Position numbers and translations under genes: made by a program. Positions 1 through 14,101 of a stretch of DNA of 64,000 bases are shown here, one piece after another. Under the pieces are notes generated by a model, which was not told where the DNA came from, made no database searches, and saw only the letters and a program-made list of their open reading frames with translations. Position 1 is the stretch's first letter; each line of letters begins with the position of its first letter. Origin of the DNA: Chrysomallon squamiferum (taxonomy: Eukaryota > Animalia > Mollusca); contig CM022671.1 of NCBI GenBank assembly GCA_012295275.1, forward strand, positions 11,098,001 to 11,162,000, written 5' to 3'.

Positions 1-1041
1 AAGATGACTGACACAAGATTTACAGATATATTATAATTAAATAAAATGTTTATATTTTGTACACGTATAATTACTAATGATAAACGGCACATGATTTAAT
101 AGTTAGGTAAAATATCTAAACAACTGTCTCAAACTAGTTGTTTTTGCTTGATGTATTCATGTACGATGTTAATGCTTATTCTTTTTAAAAACGGTATTTC
201 ATTAAATACTTCAGCATTCTCCATAATAACGTGTAACACTCAGCTTAAAGATGAATCTGCAGACTGAATATAATGTTATAAAACAGCCCTAATGGGTTGG
301 GGGTTTTACTTCTGGGTATTCCTTTTAAATACTTGTCTGTTTGTACTCCCCCAACAACCCTACACAGACCCGTCCTTGTAGATATTCTCTAACGGCTATA
401 TTTAATTTCCATTCCACGTCTGGCAGTTTGGCTAACTTAATTGTTCAGTGATGTTTATGACGTTCTGTTTCGTTTACCTTTACGCCTAGCTAAGATTGAG
501 GGGAGTGTTTTTTCAGTTTGGTTATGTTTTTACGTGCGTGAAGACCTAAAGAGTCGTGAAAAAAAGCCGCAGTAAAATGTCTGGCTATCAGTCACAAAAC
601 TTTTATTTGTTTACGTAAGTAAGAATCGTTAATCTGCAGATCTAAAAGCGTGATGCTGGTGTGAAATATAATTTTATATAAAGAAAAGAAACTCAAGTTT
701 TTAGTTTGACGTGCAGTGATATTCTGTAAAAAGGATATTATATCAGTATTTTCAACTCAGATGGTGTCGATATTGCTATCTCTGTTACAGGTCAGAACAA
801 TGTGTTATTGTTATCTCACTGAATAGACACAATTTAATCGACTTTTCAAACTCTTCAAAGCAGAACTTGAAGCGAATAACAGTTCAGTGCGAGTGTGTGT
901 TACCTCAGTCAGACGTACAGACACTCAGCAGGGGAGAGGTGGAGAAAAAGGTCAAGGTTAACCAATATGTAAATTTCTTATTAAAGATCAACAAAGAACT
1001 GTCATATATACTAGGAATGAAACAAACAAGGAAAGAAAAGC

Positions 1042-1174
<133 letters not shown>

Positions 1175-1688
1175 CGTTTTCAACATAGATTTCCTTGAGA
1201 AAAAAACAATACATCTGTGTGTACGTGTGTGTCTGCTGTTTTAGTCTTCTTTTCCTTTTTATATTTTTATATGTGTTGGGAGTGATATGATATCCTTTTG
1301 GATCTGAACGATAAAAAAGAAAAGAAAAAAGAAATAAACATTAAATCGTCCAAAAAAAAAAAAAAAAAAATCATATAAACAATTTCAAAATATTTCGTTG
1401 ATCTGAGTATCATGTTTGCTCTGTTATCTGACACGTGATCAGTGACTGAAGATAATATTTTAACATATTTCGAAAGAAGTTTCAGATTTTATATTTGTAG
1501 TTACTTTACCTAGACTTAGGCTGATATAGTCCGTGAAAAAAAAAAAAAAAATAATAATAATAATAATAATAATAAAAAAGAATAAATGAATGAATAAACA
1601 AATAAAAAACGTAAGAATGAAAAACTAAAACGAGTGTAAAATTATTAAGAAAAAGAATGAGTGAAAATTGAATGAAAGAAAATCGGAA

Positions 1689-1719
<31 letters not shown>

Positions 1720-3475
1720 ATATAAGTATAGATAAAAGAAAGATGGTGAGAATGAACAAAACGCATAAAAAAGAGAGAAAAAAACCCAGAGAATTTAATG
1801 ATGTTTCAAGCAACAGCAACTCACACACAAAACACACTCAAACATACACACTCACAAACACACACACATAGAAATACACACAAACACACATACATACAGA
1901 TACAAGACGTGAATACAGGAAAATAATTCTTCTAGACAGTTTGATCAAACTAAATAAACATGTGATACAATAAGGAGACTACAGCTAGTTATGTGTTTCC
2001 ACTAATAAAGTTTCCGGATTAAAGTTTTCATTAAAGTTGTTCTCCGAACTGTAATCATTGTAATTATAAATAAACAGCAGTAGGTCAGAACCACCATGTA
2101 CTCTACATGTGTGTGTTTAGCTAGCAGGTTCAGTAAATGTCTGTACATTAACAGAACAACAGCTGTAGAGTGCTGGGCTAGTATGTTAATATGAAAGTAC
2201 ATGTTGTAGTAATAATAGTTTATAACACGTGTAGCCGTAGTCTGAGTTACTGTATGGTTATGGGTGTGTGTATCTGTCTATCTGTCTATATATTAATCTA
2301 TCTATCTGTAGATATGTGAGCATGTGTGTGTGAATATGTGAGTGTTTGTGCTTGTGTGTATCTATATATATCTATAATGTATTTGTATCTCTTTATGAAG
2401 GTTTGTATATGTTATATTTATATATATAAAAGTAATTCTGTATGTGTGTATGTGTTATACTGAGTTAGCAGATGAGTATCATTTATTTTTTATTTAAAGC
2501 ATCTTGAAAAAACTTTATAAAAATGTGATCTTTTCTCCTCTTTACACTTTACAATAACTTCAACAATGGCAACAGCAATAGCGAAAGCAGCAACCAAAAC
2601 AACAGCAATAATAATAATAACAATAATAACACAATAATAACGAAGCGAATGATAATGAATATATACTACATTCTAAATCTTCCTCCACATTTGTTATCTA
2701 ACTGACGTCACCAGACGGAAGACACTTAACCTGACCACGTGGTCTTTTCATACTAGTCTACGTTATTTATCTCTCGTCTCAAAGAAAAAGAGGCTACTAA
2801 GTGCAGACATCTTGAGCCGTAAGAGACGTGTAAAGGGTAAAGAGATTTTTTTTGTTGTTGTTGTTTTTTTTTTTTTTTTTTTTTTGACAATGCTACAGAA
2901 ACAAATGTTAACTTAATATTAAAAAGGTTAAACTATACCATTTTAGAAAAAAAAACTTAATAATTACTATCTGTTTTAGTTTCGTACACAACTACCATAT
3001 ATGCACATAATAAATAATACAGTTCTCTGTGTATATCCATTCGTCAGTCTGTACACCATATATTCATAATACATGCTTAGAAAAACACATGCATAAATAC
3101 ATAGATACATAACACACAAACACACACACACATACTTACATACATATACTACAAATATATACACACATACATACATAGTCAAAAATGCACCAGTGTATGT
3201 ATATTTATGGATGTACACACAAATTTCGGCGGCTCGGTGTTACACAGTTAGACATGGGAATGTGTACAATTTGTTTGTTACAATTCCTCAAGTCAGAAAA
3301 CAGATATCTGTTGCGCTAATGAATAACTTTGTACATGCTCAGGCGAAACTCGTCAAACACGACATATAGGTATTTATACATAAAATACTACAGTAAAGTG
3401 CGAGCTTGCACGCACGTAGAGACCGAGTCTGCACCTGCATATGTTGTGTAGGGAATATTATCTCTAATTAAGTTT

Positions 3476-3506
<31 letters not shown>

Positions 3507-5426
3507 GAAATTTTCATGTACTAAATATAAGAGGGTAATTAAATTACATATAATTCAACCCTGCAGTTACGAACATTTTAATTGACAGCGATTAGAAAAT
3601 AAAAATAATATAAATTAAAGTGATTAGAAAATATTTGTCATAATTTAACCGTTAGCATATTTAAATCTTTCAGTTATAAAAACATAATTTTTGAAAAGGG
3701 CATGGTGTTATTGACTACTGCTGTCTGTTACAAATACTGTACGATAAGAATTTTAAAGATAAAACTATATATAAAATATACCTACTATTACTTCAAATAT
3801 AATATAACATATAAAAACAGCTTATTTATCCAAATTTTGAACACTATCGCAGAATGTCTGGTTCTTTGTTTTGCTTTCTTCACACTCTCAGAAATACTTA
3901 AACTGGTCTTTAGTTTTCCACTCAGTAATCATCTTCTCAGGAAAACGTCTTAATTAGTCGAGATGAATGTGATAAAAAATAGCTTTTAAATCTTTGGTTA
4001 TTGACATTATAGCAATGTGAAACAGAACGAAGCCAGTCTGTTAGCGCCACTAATTCACGTATTTACAAAATAAGAGTACAATACGACATATATATTGAGC
4101 AGGGTACGTGTGTACGCGCGCGTGTGTGTGTGTGTGTGTGTGTATTGTTAATTTCATGGATGTATAGCTGAGCCTGGTTTCCTGTTCTGAAGTACATTAT
4201 TTGTACTGGTTTTTTTAAATTATCCTTCACGTTTGTGTTCAGCACACTGTAACATCTCTGCTGAATGTTGTTTTTAGATATAAATGACGAGTCTCACATT
4301 TTTGTAATCCTAGCTCAAACACTGCTGATAAACAAGTTTGTTATTTCCAGCAAACAAACACTGCAGTTCCTCATTCGACATATTTTGTATCAATAAACAA
4401 ACACGTACATCTAAGTATGACAGCATACGTATACACGTGTACACAATACATACATAAGTAAATACGTAGTTGATTATGTAACTACATACACACTACACAC
4501 ATAAATAGAAATCTAAACAATATACATCAGTACATCTGTGCATGTATGTGTGTGTCTATGTGTGTGCGTGCACGCGCGCGCGCTCTAGTATATATTTATT
4601 TATTCATTTTATCCTGAGAAAACCAGCTCTTTCTTACCAAGAAAAGTGTTTTTATGTTACATTACATACATACTTATTGAGTGATGACTGATGTACTAAA
4701 CAGTGTTTATAACGCATGTCAGAGGTGTCATTATTTCAAAGATATGCTGTGGAAACCGGTGAAATAAAACAGCCTGATAAGTAAAAAGAAATAAACGCTT
4801 CTGTTTATACAACAACATGCTTACATCCCAAGTTTATACAATTAAATTGGTATATTTATCTCTTAAAGTTATCTGCACATTTTGGATTCCAGCCAGCTTC
4901 TGAAAATTACAGGTAAAGCAACAAAAATAATTTCATGTGCTTGTCCATTTGCCTCTTGTCTAAGAAACATTCAAAGAACGCGGTTTTATACTTTCTTCCA
5001 GAGATATAGATATATATATATATTTCTACTCAACGTCAGAATCTGTGACGTAAATAAGTGTACGTATGTCACGTGTTATAATAATAAGTCGGTTAATTCA
5101 TGCAATGCGGTAAGCTGGTGCATGTGTTTACACTTTTATTTACGACAGACAGCGAAAAGCCGTGTTTGACACAGATATAAAACAAGCACGCAGAGGGTTG
5201 TACTGCTCAGTGTTACCCACAGATACAAGTTTATACAGCGGAGACTTGCTAGCAAGTTGAAAGAAAAGATTTATGGATTTATTTGATGTTGAATAAACGT
5301 GATTTTAAATTAGTCTGTCGTGATCTTGAAGTTAGGACCTTTTGTCCTTTCCAAATGTAAACTGATAATAAAACTAAAGTAGTAGAGACACTCATGCGCG
5401 CTTTCACACACTCACACTCGCACGTA

Positions 5427-5428
<2 letters not shown>

Positions 5429-5508
<80 letters not shown>
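5429..5508. repeat. (CT)n microsatellite
   Basis: Perfect run of ~40 units. Confidence 0.95.
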
Positions 5509-5512
<4 letters not shown>

Positions 5513-6437
5513 TTGAAAGCACTGACAATAAATACATATATCTAAGAAAGTATACAGAAACAAAAAGATATAGATCGGAGCTGTTCAGATAGTTTTCGGT
5601 GTAGAAAAACTAAGGTATTAGACATCTTTGTACGAGATAACGGCTGAAGTAAGACTCAAGTGAACAGAACGTATAACACATTCAGTATGCTAGGATAAAC
5701 TGTTAGCTTTTATTCTAATAATAATAATATTGAAACTGACAGATTCTATCGCTTATTTATTATTTTCATTTTTTTTTTTTTTTTTTTTTTTTTTTATTTG
5801 TTTGTTTGTTTGTTTTGCTTTATTAAATTAAGAATAAATTTGTTTACATTCCTACGTCAGCCATTTTAAAAGTTCAGACTTTTCAGATTACAAAATTTAA
5901 CATATTTATTGTGACCTCGATTGTTTTCACAAGGGAGTGTTAGCGTGTTAGAAAGACCTTTCACTTTTACGTTGCTCTCTAAACAAAGATCGGCTAGAAA
6001 ATAACAACGGACATGACCCCAGATCCTATCAACTGAATTTAGAGCTGTCCTCCACATTTACATGAAAACACTAACAGCCTTTTTCTCACTGTCAAGGTCA
6101 GCTTGATCTTTAACCCTGTCAGTGCCAGGTGCACTAAAAATAACAAGTTTATTTCCAGTGTTAAGTGATAGGTTGTGTGGAAAATACGTATGTACTGACG
6201 TGAGAAGTAAAGGCTACTTCATGTTTGTTAATGCTGATTACAGAACGTTGTTTTACAAGTTCAGGAAAATAAACTGAAAAGCAAATATTAAATGTGTGAA
6301 GATGAATAAGACTTGTAATGAAAGGAATTCTAACGACAATGATTATAATGAAATTAAAATTGAAAACATTTATATAGTTGTTTAAATATATTTGATTTAC
6401 TAGTAATGTTGTTATTGTTTGTTGATTCTTTAGTTGT

Positions 6438-6469
<32 letters not shown>

Positions 6470-7051
6470 GGTGGGGGTGATTTGGGTGATGGTGTTGTTT
6501 TGTTTCAGTTCTTTTTTGGGGGTATTTATTATTATTATTATTATTTTTATTATTATTTATTTATTTATTTATTTATTTAGTTCCTCATAATGAAATTCAT
6601 TTTCATCTAACCTATATCCATGACAATGATGGTGCCTCTTTTTTATTTTTTTGTTTTTATTTTTGAAAATCCAGATCTAGTCATATAACATAACAGATAT
6701 TTTTCGCTGTTGTGTTACTTATTTCATGTGTTAGTAGAATATCAACCACATAATCTGTGTTTTCTGTGTTTCTTTAACATAGTAAATTGGTCCTAACTTA
6801 TTTACTAAGCCACAGATTTCAATTTAGGTTGTACCTACTTGTAGAATTCGCTGGTAGCTATTTTTTGCGCTTGTTATAATATTTTATATTGTTGTACTGT
6901 TAAGGTACAGTTTTTGAAAATGTCGGTAAGATATTTAATATTTACCTAAATGGCTTACTTTAATATAGTTTAATATCTCGTAATTAACCTATATATATAT
7001 ATACTTAAAGTAAGTAAATACGTTAACCATTCATTTCTACAAATATTCCTG

Positions 7052-7308
7052 ACAATATGTATTAATTAAATATCTACTGTTAGTTAACAGTAATCCAGTT
7101 ACTGAAATCACCTAACAATATGTATTAATTAAATATCTACTGTTAGTTAACAGTAATCCAGTTACTGAAATCACCTAACAATATGTATTAATTAAATATC
7201 TACTGTTAGTTAACAGTAATCCAGTTACTGAAATCACCTAACAGTATGTATTAATTAAATATCTACTGTTAGTTAACAGTAATCCAGTTACTGAAATCAC
7301 CTAACAAT
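7052..7308. repeat. 63-bp tandem repeat, 4 copies
   Basis: Unit caatatgtattaattaaatatctactgttagttaacagtaatccagttactgaaatcacctaa at 7053, 7116, 7179 and 7242; copies nearly identical. Confidence 0.95.
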
Positions 7309-8981
7309 TAACGATCATTAGCGAGAGACAAAAGGAATTTTTGTCTGCTCCGTTCTGCTGACTTCATGGAAGTTCGCGACGTGTTTATTTAAGTAAAAGA
7401 CAAAAGAGCCCAGACAACACATAGAGAGACCACAGAGAACAAAGAAAAGACGCGGGTAGGAGTGAGGTGTTGACGGCCATTATTAGGCAATTATGCCAGT
7501 AACTATATTTTGCGTTATCTTTGTTTAAGCCGGAAGCAGGGACAAATGGTTATCCTGTTTCTGTATGCTCTGTTTGATTTGCTGATCAATTTGATGTATC
7601 CTGTATATGCTCCATAGAGAGTTTGAGTTATATCTTTATTCTAACAAAACCTGTTAGGGAAAATTAAAAGAATTAAGAATTGTTGTATTTGAACTATTTC
7701 ATTTAACGCCAACTCCCACATCCTCTACCACTAAATAATAAGAATACACGTATAAAATAAATAATTATCTTTGTAATATAAATACTGTGTTTTGTTTTGG
7801 TGTTCGTAGTGGATACTTGATATTATATATAGTTTATATCTGTAGTATGCAAGTATTTGTATCATCGTCACAGTTTCTTAATAGCACGGTCACCAAACGG
7901 CAAACCGAAGACAAGAAACGAGTCGTATTTTAACAGAGTCGTTAGCACGTGAAAGCTGACACGTCTTTTGCGCTGAGCCACGTGACACCTTGACAGACTC
8001 AAGGTGAACAAAAATAATAAGTCTGCCTTCTCACTAATCAAATTTCCCACTGCTGTGGCTTCTTGTTGTCTGCAGAACTATTCCTGTTTCATGTTTTAAC
8101 CATCAAACCCAGCGTTCCGCTCTTTATAACCTATTTTACACTAAGAAGCCAGGTTATTGTTTCTATCACGTGATAACAGCGCTGTAAGACAACAGCGGTG
8201 AGTCACATAAATCAGCAACAGTTTATTAATGTGTTATATCATCATCCATTCACAGTTTACATACAATAAGCATTAACTGCTTCACAAATAAAGCTATAAA
8301 ACGGATATTTCAATATATATATATTTTTTTCCCTCGCTGTTTGCAGAAAATATACAAATTTATGTTTAAAAAGAAAGAAAAACAAAATATAAAAACGAAA
8401 AAATAATAATAATAATAATAATAATAATATAGTTTGTTGTTGTTTCGGATTTTAATCGAAAACCCTTGCTTTGTTGTTTCTGTACACAGTAAAAGTGCAG
8501 GAATTATCTCAACTGAAACGTACGAGGTGGAGTCTGTGGCGGTTCCAGCGTTTCTCCATGACAACAAGGGCACCAAAACATTATGAAAAGGCACTGTTAA
8601 AAAATTACACTTCTCAAAATCTGTTTATGTATACTGAGTTCTTGCTTCTGTCGGAATTGTTTTTATTTGCTGTTGCTGTCGTTTCGCACACACACGCACG
8701 CACGCACACACACACAAGCACATATACTATGTGTAAAATAAAAGATAACTGTTTATAAAGTAAATAAAATGTAAATATAATGTAAATATCAACCACTTTG
8801 TAAATGTTGTAATTTCCCTCCATGAATTCATTACTCACAACGTCATCGTGTACAGATAATACAGGTCTGTACTCAGTGTACCATCCTGTGTACACCTTTA
8901 CATAATAATAATAATACGACGACGACAGCAACAGCAGCAAAAATAATAATATACGTTTACCAGTAATTGCATAATACTCAG

Positions 8982-8985
<4 letters not shown>

Positions 8986-9072
<87 letters not shown>

Positions 9073-9318
9073 ATCTCTCTCTCTGTCTGTCTCTCTCTCT
9101 CAGTCTCTGTCTCTCTTTTCTCTCTCTGTGTGTCTGTATGTCTGTCTCTCTCTCTGTCTCTATCTCTATCTCTCTGTCTGTCTCTCTATCTGTCTGTCTG
9201 TCACTCTCTCTCTCTCTCTCTCTCTATCTATCTCTCTCTGTCTCTATCTCTCTCTCTGTCTGTCTCTCTCTGTCTCTCTCTATCTTTCTCTGTCTGTCTC
9301 TCTCTCAGTCTCTGTCTC

Positions 9319-9394
<76 letters not shown>

Positions 9395-9400
9395 TCTCTC
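8986..9400. repeat. Long imperfect (CT)n polypyrimidine microsatellite (~415 bp)
   Basis: CT/CTGT/CTAT run; source of the spurious SLSLSL ORFs. Confidence 0.95.
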
Positions 9401-9753
9401 TGTTAATATATGATCAGATATCTATTTAAAATATTTTCGACTTGCACATGCACACAAATATACACATACATATACACTCATTATACTCACATCCCATGCA
9501 TCCATAGAAAGCCTCTCCACCGAAGGACCGAACCTTCAACTAATGTTTTCTTCCAGTAATAAATAACAACTGCATTGTGAGCTTGTCATCGTATCAACAA
9601 TTTATAGCATTGATTTTCCCTTCTTTTGAAACACAACTCAATAAACGTGAACTTTCGCTCGATGTGCACTTCACAAACTGTTACCTCTGTTACTGTAGTG
9701 CAGTAAAGATCAAACCATGCATTTATTTATTTATTTATTCCACTTTAACTAAA

Positions 9754-9794
<41 letters not shown>

Positions 9795-10183
9795 TGTAAA
9801 TACACCTATATACGCATATACTAGTATATATGTATATATATATATGTGTGTGCGTGTGTAATAATAATAATATAATAAAAAGAAATAAATACTGACATAC
9901 TTACCTGCTTACCTATATAGTGCATATATTTTTAAAACATCCTTCAATATTGAGCAACTGTGTTTGCTTTTTGTTAAAAACCTTGACATTTTGAGTGAGA
10001 GGTGTGACAGAATCCAAGAGAATTGGTTTTATTCTGGTTCACAAATTCCTCGCCAGACCGGATAAACTAACAACACAAACATTACACAACAGTCTTCTCT
10101 TCTGTAGAAACGTGTCCTGATAAAACCTGCCCACATCCTATGTGTACCTCATTCAGATGCATGCAAATAAGTGCATATATTTG

Positions 10184-10187
<4 letters not shown>

Positions 10188-10240
<53 letters not shown>

Positions 10241-10332
10241 ATGTATGTATGTATGCATGTATATATATATGTGTGTGTCTATGTGTGTTTATGTATGTGT
10301 GTATTTCATATGTGTTTTATGTATGTATTTTA

Positions 10333-10381
<49 letters not shown>

Positions 10382-10471
10382 ATAAAACTGAATTATGTAT
10401 GTGAACATGCATGCATATATGTTTGTATGTGTATGCATGTGTGTGTGTATGTGTGTGCGTGTGTTTGTGTG
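10188..10471. repeat. Compound (TA)n/(TATG)n/(TG)n microsatellite
   Basis: Directly visible. Confidence 0.9.
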
Positions 10472-11048
10472 TCACATTCCCTGGTAAAGATCTTGTTATA
10501 AAGAGATAACAGAGGCACTGATGATCATGATAAACATCAGCAAACAAACAGCAATAACACAACGACAACAAAGATGATGATGACGTGTATGCAAATTATG
10601 TCAAGATGTTTATCAAGCTTTATATATGTTTATTTCCGTTGTTCTTTTTCTCGTAGATACACTTATCACGGTTTATTCATACATTTAACTGAGTTAAATA
10701 ATAAAACTGATAACCAGTACATTAACAGAAATTCCAAATGCATTAAATAAGGTTGGGTTCTGAAAGGTTGTGCGTTTAGGAGATCAAATCGCTTACAAAA
10801 ACACTCCATGACTCAGTTTCTGCTTAACAAAATCTGTTTTGTTGGGGCGCTTCATTGAAAGCGCTGTTTTCGTTATCAAAGTGAACACGTTTGGTGATAG
10901 ACGCAAAGAAAACAAACCGTTCCAGTCCTCCTTCACGCGTTTGAAGTCGTGTGGAACTAACCACAATATTCAGAGTAAGACGATACTTCAGTCTCAGCAT
11001 TTCACAATGAACCGCTTGTCGGAGCCTAAGAGATATAGTCGTAAAAAT

Positions 11049-11074
11049 ATAATAATAACAACAACAAAAATAAT

Positions 11075-11107
<33 letters not shown>

Positions 11108-11302
11108 AAATAATAAGCAACAACAACATCAACAATAACAACAACAACAACAACAATCATAGTAATAGCAACAATAACAACAACAGTAATAATAATAACA
11201 ACAACATCAACAATAACAATATCAACAACATCAATAATAGTAATAACAACAGTAACAACAACATCACCAAAAATGACTACAACAACGCCAACAGCAACAA
11301 CA
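11049..11302. repeat. Imperfect (AAC)n/(AAT)n trinucleotide repeat
   Basis: Directly visible. Confidence 0.9.
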
Positions 11303-12070
11303 TTTTAAGGGATCAGAGTTGATCATGATCTAACATTTTAATGGCAAGTTTAACTGATAATGATTTGCTTTCAACAACGCTGGCTATTTCATATTTTTTT
11401 ATGATTATTTATTTATTTGATCGTTGTTTAAAAAGAAATTCCAATAAAATGTGTGTGTGTGTGTGTGTGCGTGTGTGTTTGTAGATATAGATATAGATAT
11501 GTACACGTACGCCTACATGTTTTTTTTTTTTTTTTTTATCTCGTTCGTGTAAGTTTATGCTAATACTTCACATACACAGCATGGAAGTTTTGTGTTTCTG
11601 GACAGAACTGGAATAAACATAAATGCTGACACTGCGGATTCCAAGCACAACATTATTGCATGCATGTTTCTCTTAAAGGTATTAATTTTTTGACATAATT
11701 ATAGCACTAAATAAAAAATAAATAAATAAATAAATAAATAATAATCATAATAATAATAATAATAATACATGCGCTTAATCGAGGATATCTGAATGCGGTT
11801 TTTGGCTTTAAATGTCAGATATCATTTTCCTGGACAAAGGAACTTCTTTTCAGGCGACAGGATGAAACAATTATTATTATTCATACTTGGGAAAATACAA
11901 ATTAGCGTATCCAGCTTGACAGGAGCAGTGGTCAGTACGGGTCAGTGCCCATAAAACAAGATTATGTGGTCAGTGAGAAGTTGATATAATTCTGTTAGAG
12001 ACAGAACAGACGAAGTAGCAGAGACTCTGAACTGCGCTGCCCCAGAGGAAGGAGGCTGCCCGCTCCCGCC

Positions 12071-12725
12071 CACAGTTCTGTTTATAATGAAACATCTACA
12101 ACAGTCACAGTGACGTCCACTGCTGATCTGTTTATAATGAAACATCTACAGCAGTCACAGTGACGTCCACTGCTGATCACAGTTCTGTTTATAATAAAAC
12201 ATCTACAACAGTCACAGTGACGTCCACTGCTGATCTGTTTATAATGAAACATCTACAACAGTCACAGTGACGTCCACTGCTGATCTGTTTATAATGAAAC
12301 ATCTACAACAGTCACAGTGACGTCCACTGCTAATCACAGTTCTGTTTATAATGAAACATCTACAACAGTCACAGTGACGTCCACTGCTAATCACAGTTCT
12401 GTTTATAATGAAACATCTACAACAGTCACAGTGACGACGTCCACTGCTAATCACAGTTCTGTTTATAATGAAACATCTACAACAGCCACAGTGACGACGT
12501 CCACTGCTAATCACAGTTCTGTTTATAATGAAACATCTACAACAGTCACAGTGACGTCCACTGCTGATCTGTTTATAATGAAACATCTACAACAGTCACA
12601 GTGACGTCCACTGCTGATCACAGTTCTGTTTATAAAGAAACATCTACAACAGTCACAGTGACGTCCATTGCTAATCACAGTTCTGTTTATAATGAAACAT
12701 CTACAACAGTCACAGTGACGACGTC
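12071..12725. repeat. Minisatellite, 12 copies of 50/57/60-bp variants
   Basis: Core ctgtttataatgaaacatctacaacagtcacagtgacgtccactgct(g/a)at, with or without cacagtt and an extra gac. Confidence 0.95.
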
Positions 12726-12882
12726 TTCTGTCTGAAATCCTTACTCTCCCCGGAGTGTGAAACTGTGAGAAACAATTTAAACAGATTTTAATAAATTGTT
12801 AGAACGAATCAGTTAGCCAGTAATAAAAGGGTAATATATATTTTTACATGTACCCAAAGAAACATACTGAATAATAATAATA

Positions 12883-12925
<43 letters not shown>

Positions 12926-13861
12926 TAATGAGATGATGATAATTACAGCAATAATAATAATGATGATGACCATCATGATAATAATAAAGATGACGATAAC
13001 GATAGTAATAATAATATAAACATTTTATAAAAACACATCAGAAGAAGAAAAAAAATATATGAAGATGTTCTTAAAGAATAAAAAGAAACGAGGAAGAAGA
13101 AGAAAAAATTAAACTGCCATAAACGTATTTTTTAAAAATAAATGATACCTAAGAGGTCTGTGAAAAAAGACACATACTAAAAAAATGGAGTTAACTGCGA
13201 ACATTTTGACAAGAATGTTTAAAGGTCTTCAAATTAGTGAATGAAACTGGAAAGACAAAATAACCTAGATGATTATGTGACTTATTTCCACACAGACATG
13301 TGATCAAGAAACATGACAAAATTAATGAAAAAGAAGATTTAAAGATAAAAACGGCCTATTTTGTCATTTCGCACCAAAGGATATAGAAAATTATATATGG
13401 TTTTTTTAAAGGATGATAAAATACTGTGCAACTACAAATAACCTTATAATTAAATTCTAAAATGGAAAAGAAATTTTTATGGAACGTGTGCCTGTATTTT
13501 AATTTGTTAATATATTTAGTGTATATTACACACACACATACACACACACATATAGATATATAATTAGGAATAACACTGGGTTGAAAATGGTATTTGATAC
13601 GAACTTGTGGAAGATATAGTATATTATTCGTTGACCGCTTGTAACTTTCAAATATCTTTTCTTGAGAGTACAGGAGATCACATTTTGTCAGGTTTCTTTC
13701 TCCTCTGTGCGTGAATGCGAATGTGGTCAGCTCACTCTCTCGGACATCTGCCGGTTTGTTTCATTCGTATCTTGCAAACATCTCAATTGATAACTTTGCT
13801 CAAATAATAATGTCCTGTGCAAAAGGGTCATAATTATATGTCTCAGAATGTTACAGTTATT

Positions 13862-14101
13862 ATGTGTATGTACGTGTGTATGTGTGTGTGTTTGCATGTG
13901 TCTGTGTCTGAGTGCATGTGTGTGTGTATGTGTGAGTGTGTGTGAAACCTGTATATGTGTGTGTGTTTGCGTGTGTATGTATGTGTGGGTATGTGCATGT
14001 GTGTCTGTTTATGTGTGTGTGTATGTGTGCTTGTATAATATGTATGTGTGTGTATTTGTGTATATATGCGTGTGTATGTGTCTGTGAATCTGTGTGTGTG
14101 G
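13862..14101. repeat. Imperfect (TG)n microsatellite
   Basis: Directly visible. Confidence 0.9.

Noticed and set aside
3991-6685. Partial matches to miRNA 5' ends (tctttggtta at 3991, miR-9-like; tctagtca near 6677, miR-279 seed complement)
   Set aside because: Only seed-length matches, with no full mature sequence or hairpin seen.
10824-11156. Overlapping 99-aa and 110-aa ORFs with a non-repetitive part
   Set aside because: No recognisable motif or convincing splice sites; extended by the AAC repeat.
12317-12604. Mucin-like ORF (TSTANHSSVYNETSTTVTV)n and its Cys-rich antisense ORF
   Set aside because: Only the 57/60-bp units keep frame; interspersed 50-bp units break it, and there is no ATG, signal peptide or flanking exon.
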